Assembly: GCA_963666735.1 (NCBI GenBank)
Contig: OY762926.1
Location: 640,001 to 704,000, forward strand
DNA length: 64,000 nucleotides
DNA from: Gemmatimonadota bacterium
GTDB taxonomy: Bacteria > Gemmatimonadota > Gemmatimonadetes > Palauibacterales > Palauibacteraceae
Reading direction: 5' to 3'
A model generated the notes under the pieces. The model was not told the DNA's origin. It saw nothing but the letters and a program-made list of their open reading frames with translations, and did no database searches. Shown here piece after piece: positions 40,722-52,603 of the stretch. Made by a program: the position numbers and the translations under genes. Each line of letters opens with the position of its first letter. Position 1 is the stretch's first letter.

Positions 40722-41210
40722 GTGCGAACCGGCGTCGGATACGATTCCCACCGTTTCGATGAGGCGCGGCCTCTCGTGCTGGGGGGAGTAGCGATCCCCG
40801 ATGCCCCCGGACTGAAGGGACACTCCGACGGAGATGCGGTCGCGCACGCAATCACGGATGCGATCCTGGGCGCGGCGGGACTGGGGGACATCGGCGCGCT
40901 CTTCCCGGATACGGATCCCGCGCACGCGGGCGCCGACTCCGTCGAACTCCTCGCCTCGGCCGTGCGCCGACTGAGCGAGGAGGGATTCCGGGTGGTGAAC
41001 GTCGACGCGACGGTCATCGCCGAACGGCCCCGTATCTCCCCGCACGCGCGGGCCATGCGGGAACGGCTCGGTGAAGCTCTGCGCACGGGGCCGGCCGGCG
41101 TGTCGATAAAGGGGAAATCGAACGAGGGGATGGGATGGATCGGACGAGGCGAGGGCCTTGCCGCCATCGCGGTCGCGACGGTGGCCGCGGCCGCGAGGGA
41201 CGGTGCCTGA
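40722..41210 (+). CDS. ispF: 2-C-methyl-D-erythritol 2,4-cyclodiphosphate synthase
   Basis: RTGVGYDSH, GHSDGD, GDIG..FP, NEGMG..GR.EG. Confidence 0.96.
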   Translation: MRTGVGYDSHRFDEARPLVLGGVAIPDAPGLKGHSDGDAVAHAITDAILGAAGLGDIGALFPDTDPAHAGADSVELLASAVRRLSEEGFRVVNVDATVIAERPRISPHARAMRERLGEALRTGPAGVSIKGKSNEGMGWIGRGEGLAAIAVATVAAAARDGA

Positions 41211-41892
41211 GGTCCCCGGCGTTCAACCCCTCCTCGATTTTCTCCTCGCCCTCCCGGCGGTCACGGCCTATGCGCTGATCACTGCCGGGTCCGCCCTTGA
41301 GAACGTCTTTCCGCCCGTCCCATCCGACACCTTTGTCGTACTCGGCGCCGTGCTTGCGGACAGGGGATCGTTGCAGCCCCTCCCCGTCCTGCTGTGCGCG
41401 TGGATCGCGAACTCCGGCGGCGCCATGGTCGTCTTCGGGCTCGCGCGCCGGCGGGGCCGCGGCGTGTTCGAGACCCGCTGGGGACGGCGCCTCCTGCGCC
41501 CGCACCAGTTCCGGCGTCTGACCCGCTTCTACGAGCGGCACGGGTTGTGGGCCATCTTCTTCGCGCGCTGTCTGCCGGTACTGCGCGTGATCGTGCCTAC
41601 GTTCGCGGGATTCACGGGTTTGGGCGCGATGCGGGCGATGGCCCCGGTCGTGGCCGCATCGCTGCTCTGGAACGGGCTCATGCTTGCGGGGGGGATGTTC
41701 GCCTCGCGAAACGTGGACCGCGTCATGGAGCTTCTCGGCCAGGTCAACGCGTGGCTTCTCCTCGTGGCCGCCATCCTGATCGGCGTCATCATCGGCTGGT
41801 GGGTCCGAAGCCGGCGCGACGAAGCCCCACGGGCGTCCTCGGAATCCGGTGACGACTCGGAGGGCGACGGCGGACTGCGGCCGTCGCCGTGA
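41203..41892 (+). CDS. DedA family membrane protein
   Basis: ENVFPPVPSD, FFARCLPVLR, hydrophobic segments. Confidence 0.9.
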   Translation: MPEVPGVQPLLDFLLALPAVTAYALITAGSALENVFPPVPSDTFVVLGAVLADRGSLQPLPVLLCAWIANSGGAMVVFGLARRRGRGVFETRWGRRLLRPHQFRRLTRFYERHGLWAIFFARCLPVLRVIVPTFAGFTGLGAMRAMAPVVAASLLWNGLMLAGGMFASRNVDRVMELLGQVNAWLLLVAAILIGVIIGWWVRSRRDEAPRASSESGDDSEGDGGLRPSP

Positions 41893-42803
41893 CGGGTGAA
41901 GGCCCCGGCATCGAGCGTGCCTTCCACCTCGAGTCTTTCCGGGACCATCTCGGCTTCGAGCGGGGGCTCTCTCCGCGCACCATCGACGCGTACCTCCGCG
42001 AAGCCCGGCGCTTCGCGGCGTTCGCGGTCTCGGAGGAGGCCGCCGGGCCGGGCGGGGTCACGTATCAACTGCTTCGCGACCATGTCGCGCGGCTGGCCGG
42101 CGAGGGGCGGGCGGCTTCGACTGTCGCGCGGAGCGTCTACGCGCTGCGCGGCTACTTCCGCTTCCTTATCGTCGAGGGCGCGATCGAGTCCGACCCGAGC
42201 GAACGCCTCGAAGCGCCGCGCGCGGGCCGCTCTCTCCCGGATGTGCTTTCCGTCTCCGAGATCGAGGCGCTGATCGGGGCGGTGGATCCGGCAAGCCGCA
42301 CGGCGGCGCGGGACGAGGCGATGCTCGAAATGCTCTACGGGTGCGGGCTTCGCGTGTCGGAACTCCTCGCGCTGAAGGGGCGCGACCTCGACCTCGATGA
42401 AGCCCTCGTGCGCGTGCGGGGGAAGGGGGGAAAGGAGAGGTTCGTGCCGGTCGGGGCGGCTGCGCGCTCGGCGGTGCGCCGATACCTTCGAACCACGAGA
42501 CCGGCGCTCGACCGGGGGCGATCCGCCGGACATATCTTTCTCAATGCCCGGGGGCTTTCGTTGAGCCGCATGGGCGTCTGGAAGATTCTTCGCCGCCACG
42601 TCGAGCGCGCCGGCATCCTGAAGCGCGTGACGCCCCATACGCTGCGCCACAGCTTCGCGACGCACCTGCTCCAGGGAGGCGCCGACCTCGCGTCGGTTCA
42701 GGAGATGCTCGGACATGCAGACATCTCGACGACCGAGATCTACACGCACGTGGACCGGTCGCACCTGCGCCAGGTGCACCGCAGCCATCATCCGCGTGGG
42801 TGA
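41889..42803 (+). CDS. xerD: Site-specific tyrosine recombinase XerD
   Basis: ERGLS..T..AY, LYGCGLRVSEL, GKGGKER, HTLRHSFATHLL, LGHADISTTEIYTHV, HPR C-terminus. Confidence 0.9.
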   Translation: MTGEGPGIERAFHLESFRDHLGFERGLSPRTIDAYLREARRFAAFAVSEEAAGPGGVTYQLLRDHVARLAGEGRAASTVARSVYALRGYFRFLIVEGAIESDPSERLEAPRAGRSLPDVLSVSEIEALIGAVDPASRTAARDEAMLEMLYGCGLRVSELLALKGRDLDLDEALVRVRGKGGKERFVPVGAAARSAVRRYLRTTRPALDRGRSAGHIFLNARGLSLSRMGVWKILRRHVERAGILKRVTPHTLRHSFATHLLQGGADLASVQEMLGHADISTTEIYTHVDRSHLRQVHRSHHPRG

Positions 42804-42812
42804 GCGACGTCG

Positions 42813-43355
42813 ATGAGGTTGACCCGCCTCCTCCACCTGTCGCGCAACCGGCGTCCGGTCCGGCGTTTCCGTGATCGGCTCGTCGAGCCCGAGGTTGTCG
42901 ACGCGGTGCTGGAGGCGGCGCGCTACGCATCGTCCGCACGGGAGGCGCAACCCTGGCGCCTCGTCGTCGTGCAGGCGGCGCTGGCGCGCCACAGGATCGC
43001 GGCGGCCGCCTTCAACCATCCCCATGTGAAGACGGCGCCCGTCGTCGTCGCCTGCTGCGCGCGCATCCACTCGCACGTGAGCGGCACGGGCCGTCCGAGC
43101 TTCGCCATGGACCTCGCGTCCGCGACCCAGACGATGATGCTGACGGCGGCGGACCTCGGCGTGCAGTCGAGCTGGGTGTACGGCTTCCGGGAGGGCGACG
43201 TGCGCTCGATCCTGGGCGTTCCGGAGCACATCCCGGTCGTGGCCCTCTTCTGCCTCGGCTATCACGATGGGCTGGCGGAACTGCCGGAGCGGCTGCCGCG
43301 CGAGGAGGTCATCGCCTGGGACCGCTGGCGGACGGCGGCGAGGGTCGCCGAGTGA
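42813..43355 (+). CDS. Nitroreductase family protein
   Basis: RRPVRRF, A..A.S....QPW, D...A.Q.MML.A..LG, CLGY. Confidence 0.88.
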   Translation: MRLTRLLHLSRNRRPVRRFRDRLVEPEVVDAVLEAARYASSAREAQPWRLVVVQAALARHRIAAAAFNHPHVKTAPVVVACCARIHSHVSGTGRPSFAMDLASATQTMMLTAADLGVQSSWVYGFREGDVRSILGVPEHIPVVALFCLGYHDGLAELPERLPREEVIAWDRWRTAARVAE

Positions 43356-44968
43356 GGCGCCCCGGGCTTGTCATGGCGGCGGCCGCGGGGCTGGCCGCCG
43401 GGGCGCCGGCCGCGCTGCACGGGCAGGATGTGCGACTGGCGGGGGAGCCTCGCTCGGACGCGCAGGCGGCGCTCGCGGCCGTTCTCGAAGTTGGCGGTTT
43501 CACGGTGTGGGCGACGGACACGGTGCTGGCCCGGGGAGACACGGTGCGGGGACCCGTCCTCCTGCTCGAGGGCACCGCGCGCATCGCCGGGCGGATCGAG
43601 GGCGACCTCTACGTCGTGGACGGCGACCTTTTCCTCCGCTCCGGCGCCTCCATCACCGGCAACGTGCTGGTGCTGGCGGGCGGGTTCTACGACTCGGACC
43701 TGGCGGAAGTCGGGGGCACCCTCACCTATCGTCCGAACGAACCGCTGCGCGTCCGGCCCACGCGGGGCGGTTTCGAGATCATCTCCGAAGTCGAACCGGA
43801 GCCCGCCTTCGAACTCGACGGCACGTACGGCTTCCACCTCCCGAGCTACGACCGCGTGAACGGCCTTTCGCTTCCGGTCGGCGCGCTGGCCCGCCTTTCG
43901 GGCATCCCGGGGCGGCCCGAACTCGCGGGCGGCGTCACCTGGATTCCGGCCGGCGGGGAAGTGGACTACCGCCTCCACAACTCCTGGCGCCTCGCCGAAC
44001 GCGTCCGGCTGGGTCTGTTCGCGACCCGTGCCGCGGTCAGCAACGAGGAATGGATCCGCCCGGCGTGGTACAACAGCCTGGCCCATTTCGTAGCCGGCGA
44101 CGATGTCCGCGGCCACTACGATTCCGAACAGTTCGGGGTCGAACTGGAGCTGATGTCGGCGGAGCCGCCGGTGTGGGAGGAAGCTCCGCGCTGGCGGCTC
44201 GTGATCTCGGGCGGCCGCGAGGAGGCGGAGAGCCTTCGCTTCCGCGACGTGACCGTCCTCTTCGGCGGGGAAGAGCCGTCCTCCCTTCCGTCGCTGCCGG
44301 CGTACGATCCCCAGCTCCGGGTCAACGAAGGAAGCCTCTGGTTCACGCGCCTCGGCTTCGAGTGGACGTCGCAGACCCGGGAGGGGCGAACCGCGATCGG
44401 CCTCGGTGTCGAGGCCGGATTCGAGGATGATATTCGGCGATTGGAGGTTGGGTTCCCGCCCTCGGGGGCTCCGAACCGTCCCGTCAGTTCGTACGACTTT
44501 CTCCTCGCGGAGGGGCGTGTTGCCGCTCGTCGCGTGACGGCATCGGGGCATGCCGTTGAGGCGTTCGCGATCGGGCGCCTCGACGTGAGCGGCCGTCTGC
44601 CCATGCAGCGCTACTCGATGATCGGGGGCATCGGGACGCTGCCGACGATGCCCCTGCGCGGCCTGCGCGGCCCCCGCTTGCTATATGCCGAGACTGCCTA
44701 CGCGATCCCGCTTCTCGGCGATGCGGCGTTCGGAGGACTGGACGCGTTCGCGCGAGGGAGCGCCGGGGGGATCGGGTCGGAAGGGGACGGTTTCGATCTG
44801 TACGGGTCGGTGCAGGGCGGCCTGGCGCTGCGGATGTGGGATTTCCGGTTCGAGTTCGGGGCCGCCGCCGGCTCCACCGCCGAGCCCGGCGATCCCGGCC
44901 TCATCGCCTTCGTCGACATCCGAACGCGCAAGGCGCACACGCCCACGCGCATGACGCCACGCAGGTAA
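43352..44968 (+). CDS. Exported protein: bactofilin-like repeats followed by a probable outer-membrane beta-barrel
   Basis: Signal-like N-terminus; IAGRIEGDLYVVDGDLFL..GASITGNVLV repeats; SYDRVNG followed by amphipathic beta-strands. Function is inferred. Confidence 0.6.
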   Translation: MRRPGLVMAAAAGLAAGAPAALHGQDVRLAGEPRSDAQAALAAVLEVGGFTVWATDTVLARGDTVRGPVLLLEGTARIAGRIEGDLYVVDGDLFLRSGASITGNVLVLAGGFYDSDLAEVGGTLTYRPNEPLRVRPTRGGFEIISEVEPEPAFELDGTYGFHLPSYDRVNGLSLPVGALARLSGIPGRPELAGGVTWIPAGGEVDYRLHNSWRLAERVRLGLFATRAAVSNEEWIRPAWYNSLAHFVAGDDVRGHYDSEQFGVELELMSAEPPVWEEAPRWRLVISGGREEAESLRFRDVTVLFGGEEPSSLPSLPAYDPQLRVNEGSLWFTRLGFEWTSQTREGRTAIGLGVEAGFEDDIRRLEVGFPPSGAPNRPVSSYDFLLAEGRVAARRVTASGHAVEAFAIGRLDVSGRLPMQRYSMIGGIGTLPTMPLRGLRGPRLLYAETAYAIPLLGDAAFGGLDAFARGSAGGIGSEGDGFDLYGSVQGGLALRMWDFRFEFGAAAGSTAEPGDPGLIAFVDIRTRKAHTPTRMTPRR

Positions 44969-44971
44969 GGC

Positions 44972-45982
44972 CTACCCGGATGTCCGATGGCCGACTCGAC
45001 GCGCGATTTCGCCGGCCAGTTCCCTGAAGTCCTTGAAGGCCGCTGCCGCCGCCACCGCGTGGCTGCCAATGGCGCCGTCGGCCGGCGAGAGCTTGAAGAT
45101 CGGCTTCCGTGCGTCCTGCCCCAGCGGGACGAGACTACGATAGTGCTTGATGGTCGCGATACAGTTTTCATCCGACTCGGCATTCGGAGCGACATCGGCC
45201 GGCGACTCTTCCAATACGCTACGAGCGTATTCGGCGGGCATCCGCTTGGCCCAGCGATCGTAGGCCCGCACGGGGCGACGGAGCCGCACTCCATGTTGCT
45301 GAATCAGGTAGCCCAACGGCTCCATTCTACCCTTCGGCAACGGAAATCCCGGCTTGTCCCAATTCCTCACGCGCTGGTTCCACTCGTCTCTCCAGCGTCG
45401 CAGCGTCGGCCCAAGGTTGCGGAGTCCCTGGCGCGAGAACAAATCGGCCCCCAGAGGGACGACCACGAAGTCCGTGGCGATGAGGGCGGATCGGTTGATC
45501 GCCCCCAGGCTTGGCCCCACATCGACGAGGACGATATCCGCCCCGCAGCGCTCGGCCCCCCGCTGCAGCACCTGCCAGAAGGCTGTTACAACTCTGAACG
45601 GACGGTACATGTTCCGGCTTCCGAGGCAATTCGGCCATTCCGCGGAGAGAAGGTCCTCGAAGCCGGAGAGCGCGAGGTCCCCTGGTATGAGGCTCAGGGT
45701 GTCGGAAAGGTGCTGCAGGTTGGGCCGCCGGATGTCGCCGACTTGTGCGAGCGGAGCGATGCACTGGGCCATCGTGTCGGTCTTCTCACCCGAGTCGTCG
45801 CGCCACAGTCGCTCCACGATCTCCTCCGACAGGAAGGCCGCCGTGAGGTTGGCCTGCGGATCCAGGTCGACGGCGAGAACGCGGCGATCGAGTTCCGAGA
45901 ACATCCACGCGAGGTGATAGACCAGCGACGTCTTCCCAACCCCCCCCTTGTTGTTGAAGAAGGTGAGCACAGGCACCGTCAT
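44972..45982 (-). CDS. ParA/Soj-family ATPase (orphan, no ParB)
   Basis: FNNKGGVGKT deviant Walker A, VDLDPQANL, DVGPSLG; ATGA overlap with the upstream gene stop. Confidence 0.92.
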   Translation of the reverse strand: MTVPVLTFFNNKGGVGKTSLVYHLAWMFSELDRRVLAVDLDPQANLTAAFLSEEIVERLWRDDSGEKTDTMAQCIAPLAQVGDIRRPNLQHLSDTLSLIPGDLALSGFEDLLSAEWPNCLGSRNMYRPFRVVTAFWQVLQRGAERCGADIVLVDVGPSLGAINRSALIATDFVVVPLGADLFSRQGLRNLGPTLRRWRDEWNQRVRNWDKPGFPLPKGRMEPLGYLIQQHGVRLRRPVRAYDRWAKRMPAEYARSVLEESPADVAPNAESDENCIATIKHYRSLVPLGQDARKPIFKLSPADGAIGSHAVAAAAAFKDFRELAGEIARRVGHRTSG

Positions 45983-46824
45983 GGCCGAACTCTCACCGTA
46001 CAATTCACCCAGTGTGCGTCGACGTCGAATACCGGCTCGGATTGCCCGTTCTCGATCAGTTTCCGGCGCGCAAGTGGAATGCCGACGCCGTATCGCTGGA
46101 CCAGTCCCAGAGCGCGCATCGCCTCCGCCAGATTGGGATTACGATATGAAACGATACCAGGTCGACCGAAGTTGTCGGTGGTCACACCGCCGTACGGCCC
46201 TCCTGGATTGGTTATCTCGATGCGATCGTCGAACCAGTACACATGGACAGGTGCGTTGACGCCTTCGTAAGTCCGATGCATCACGGCGTTCCGCACCAGT
46301 TGTTGCAATGCCGTCAAGGGGTACGTCCGGCGACGTCGATCTGTATGCCCGGACGCGATGTCGACCGCCGTGCGATTGTTGGCCATCAACTTCTCGTCCA
46401 GGCGGCGCATCATGTGAACGATCGGCCCATCGCACCGAGCTTCGTCCACAATATCGTCGGCCAATGTCGTTCCCGCGATGCGCAGAAACTGGATGTAGGC
46501 GTCCGGAAGGAAGTCCTGGGGGCGCGTGCCGATCACGAGCATGCCGGTGACCGTGGGCAGGGGATCGTCCGCGGTGGCGACCATCTTCGTCGCCGCCAGG
46601 CGCTCCGGAAGGCTGCGCTCGTTACTCTCAAGTACCTCGCGACTCACGGCCTGCGGGAGGTATTCCTCCTCAAACCGCCGCAGGTCGAGATCGCCATCGG
46701 CAGTGGCCGTTGCGAGAGGCTGTGCATCGAACGGCGCATCGCCGTATCGCCGTTTCTCATTGAGAATGCGCTCGTCCTGAGCGGTGGCGATGTCCCGGCG
46801 TGGCCCCACGCGGATCCAGATCCG
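45979..46824 (-). pseudogene. 3' fragment of Schlafen/AlbA_2 + HATPase_c_4-like protein, interrupted by IS3
   Basis: YP..ALQQLVRNAVMHRTY, FDDRIEITNPGG, RNPNLA, VQRYGVGI; continues in frame with the 48161-48532 fragment once the IS is removed. Confidence 0.88.
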
Positions 46825-46882
46825 TGGAGTTGCCCCGCTTTGACGGACACCTATCCATTGGGGTCAAGCAAGGAGGTGTTCC

Positions 46883-47197
46883 ATGGCGGGCCGGAAGGGG
46901 CGGTATCCATCCGAGTACAGGGAGCGGCTGGTGGAACTGGTGAGGGGCGGGCGTAGTGCCGCGTCACTCGCCCGGAAGTTCGAGCCGTCGGAGCAGACGA
47001 TCCGGAACTGGGTCCGGCAGGCGGATGTGGACGAGGGGTTCCGTAGCGACGGGCTGACAACGGAGGCGCGCAGCGAGTTGCGGCGCCTGGAGCGGGAGAA
47101 CAAGCGGCTCAGGATGGAGCGCGACATCCTAAAAAAAGCCGCGGCCTGGTTCGCGAGGGAGAGCGGATCGATCCCCGGCGGGGGTATGCGTTCATGA
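46883..47197 (+). CDS. IS3-family transposase OrfA (HTH + coiled coil)
   Basis: RYPSEYR...TIRNWV...ELRRLERENKRLRMERDILKKAAAWFA. Confidence 0.93.
   Translation: MAGRKGRYPSEYRERLVELVRGGRSAASLARKFEPSEQTIRNWVRQADVDEGFRSDGLTTEARSELRRLERENKRLRMERDILKKAAAWFARESGSIPGGGMRS
47131..47138 (+). other. Probable -1 programmed frameshift site (A7G) producing OrfAB
   Basis: AAAAAAAG near the end of orfA, with orfB in the -1 frame, as typical of IS3 elements. Confidence 0.75.
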
Positions 47198-48042
47198 GGG
47201 CGCACCGGGCCGAGTTCCCGCTTCGGGCCATGTGCCGGGTGCTGGGTCTCTCCCCCAGCGGCTACTACGACTGGTTGAGGCGTCCTCCCTCGGACCGCGC
47301 GCGTCGGGACGCGGAACTGGAGGCCCGGATCGCGAAGATATGGACCGGCAGCGGCGAGACGTACGGCCGTCCGCGGATCCACGCGGCGCTCAGGGCCGAG
47401 GGCGAGCGGGTGGGGCAGAAGCGCGTGGGGCGGCTGATGAGGGGGCTGGAGATCGAGGGCGCGACCAGGCGGCGCTTCAAGACGGCGACGACGAAGAGGG
47501 ATACCGAGGCCCGCCCCGCGCCGGACCTGGTGGACCGTGACTTCTCGGCCTCGGGGCCCGACGAGCTGTGGGTGGCCGACATCACCTACGTCCCCACGTG
47601 GGCTGGCTGGCTGTATCTGGCCGTCGTGCTCGACGTCTGGAGCCGCCGCGTCGTCGGCTGGGCCATGGCGACGCACATGCGGACCGAGCTCGTCGAGACC
47701 GCGCTGGCGATGGCTCTCGCAAGGCGTCGTCCCGAGGGTCGTGTCGTGCATCATTCCGACAGGGGCTCGCAGTACACCTCGCTCGCCTTCGGGGAGCGCT
47801 GCCGCGAGTCGGGCATCGCCCAGTCCATGGGCTCGGCGGGCGATGCGTACGACAACGCCATGTGCGAGAGCTTCTTCGCCACCCTCGAGTGCGAGCTGAT
47901 CTGGAAGCGCTCGTTCCGCACGGCGGATGAGGCGCGACGGGAGGTCTTCGGCTTCATCGAGGGCTTCTACAACACCCGGCGGCTGCACTCGGCACTCGGC
48001 TACGAGTCGCCGGCCGACTACGAGAGCAACCATGCGGCCTGA
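47194..48042 (+). CDS. IS3-family transposase OrfB (rve DDE integrase core)
   Basis: YGRPRI, WVADITY, HSDRGSQY, DNAMCESFF, YN.RRLHSALGY. Confidence 0.95.
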   Translation: MRAHRAEFPLRAMCRVLGLSPSGYYDWLRRPPSDRARRDAELEARIAKIWTGSGETYGRPRIHAALRAEGERVGQKRVGRLMRGLEIEGATRRRFKTATTKRDTEARPAPDLVDRDFSASGPDELWVADITYVPTWAGWLYLAVVLDVWSRRVVGWAMATHMRTELVETALAMALARRRPEGRVVHHSDRGSQYTSLAFGERCRESGIAQSMGSAGDAYDNAMCESFFATLECELIWKRSFRTADEARREVFGFIEGFYNTRRLHSALGYESPADYESNHAA

Positions 48043-48160
48043 GGCGCACCCGCGGCGCGCACCGACATCCTCTCCCGAGCGCCTGAGGGAGGCTGAAAGG
48101 AGAAGAACCGGAGGCGATCAACCACAGAAACTAACCGTCCGTGAAAGCGGGACAGCTCCA

Positions 48161-48532
48161 CCGCCCTTTGAAGCGAACGGGAGGGGAATCGGATGGCTGG
48201 ACGGTGATCACTGCGATATCGGCACCGTGTAAATTGCATCGCTGGACAGAAAGTGACGGTGGTGGAACCGTGTTCCCGTCGGTCTTGATGTCGGACAGCT
48301 GCCGAAGCAGTTCATCCGTGATCTCCAGTCCCGTTGGGGTTCCTTTGTCGGTTGCCCCTACGAAGACGACCCTCGGTTGACCGTGGCCGGGGAGATCGTT
48401 CGCCATCGCGCATACGGCCTGCCTGATCGTCTTCCGTGCGTCTCCCGCGAGCGATTCCTTTCTTTCGACGAGGTCGGACTCGATGTCTGCCAGCATGATT
48501 TCGAGTTCATCGTCGGAATAGGCCAAGTTCAT
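48161..48532 (-). pseudogene. 5' fragment (Schlafen/AlbA_2 domain) of IS3-disrupted gene
   Basis: ESDLVERKES, AVCAMAND, VVFVGATD.G motifs; ends at the IS junction (..RFKGR|). Confidence 0.85.
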
Positions 48533-48643
48533 CGCTCGGGATCGAAAGGTTGTCATCGCGGGGCGGCCCCGGCCGCCATACCGATGCATCATATGCCAAC
48601 GAGCTGGCCAGACGCGAGTTTCGGGGACGCGCCGGGCACCGTT

Positions 48644-48672
48644 TTGACAACCCCGGAGCGCGGGCCTAGCTT
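48644..48672 (+). promoter_or_regulatory. Putative sigma70 promoter of kdsB-pyrG-lpt operon
   Basis: TTGACA-N17-TAGCTT about 40 nt upstream of the kdsB ATG. Confidence 0.65.
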
Positions 48673-48713
48673 CTTGCGATGCCGCTTCGGACCGACTCCC
48701 GGCCTCCCCAGCG

Positions 48714-52017
<3,304 letters not shown>

Positions 52018-52030
52018 GAGCCCGCTCCCA

Positions 52031-52603
52031 ATGAATCCGAGACCGCCGATGGATCGCCGATTAGCGGAGTCCGTTCGCTTCGTGTCCCTCGATGTGGACG
52101 GCGTGCTCACGGACGGTTCGATCTGGGTCGGCGCGGACTCGGCCCTCGGCGCACCGCGGGATCTGCGTCGCTTTCACGCCCTCGATGGCCTGGCGATCCG
52201 GATGATGCAGCGGGCGGGCCTCGTGATCGCGTTCCTCAGTGGCAAGCGCTCGGCCGCCGTTCGCCTGCGGGCGCGCGAGCTGGACATTGCGGAGGTTTCG
52301 CTCGGTTCCCGAGAGGGAAAGCTTTCGGCCCTTCGGGGTATGCTGGCGCGATGCGGTTGCACCTGGGACCAGGCTGCGCACCTTGGCGACGACCTCACGG
52401 ACCTGGCCGTCATGGAACGGGTGGGGTTGCCGGCCGCCGTCGTCGGCGCCGTGCCCGAAGTCCGGGCCGGCGCGACGTGGGTGGGGACGGTGCCCGGCGG
52501 GGAAGGGGCCGTGCGCGAATTTGCGGAAGCCCTGCTCGTCGCCCGAGGGGAGTGGGATGGGCTGGTTACGGAGTTCCGGGAAGGAGGACGGTTTGCGGGT
52601 TGA
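52031..52603 (+). CDS. kdsC: KDO 8-phosphate phosphatase (HAD)
   Basis: DVDGVLTDG, F...DG, GDDLTD, GG.GAVRE. Confidence 0.92.
   Translation: MNPRPPMDRRLAESVRFVSLDVDGVLTDGSIWVGADSALGAPRDLRRFHALDGLAIRMMQRAGLVIAFLSGKRSAAVRLRARELDIAEVSLGSREGKLSALRGMLARCGCTWDQAAHLGDDLTDLAVMERVGLPAAVVGAVPEVRAGATWVGTVPGGEGAVREFAEALLVARGEWDGLVTEFREGGRFAG

Larger units (their letters stand above)
46825..48160 (+). mobile_element. IS3-family insertion sequence (1336 bp)
   Basis: TG...CA ends; 24-bp imperfect TIRs TGGAGTTGCCCCGCTTTGACGGAC / GTCCGTGAAAGCGGGACAGCTCCA; 3-bp CCG target duplication (46822-46824 and 48161-48163); orfA/orfB. Confidence 0.95.

Noticed and set aside
41889..42803. Tyrosine recombinase as integrase of the nearby accessory cassette
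   Set aside because: It has XerD-type size and motifs and is embedded by overlaps in a housekeeping operon; no att sites are evident.
44969..48668. GGCCTA at both sides of the Schlafen-ParA cassette as an attachment-site repeat
   Set aside because: Only 6 bp; the right copy overlaps the kdsB -10 region; chance occurrence is likely.
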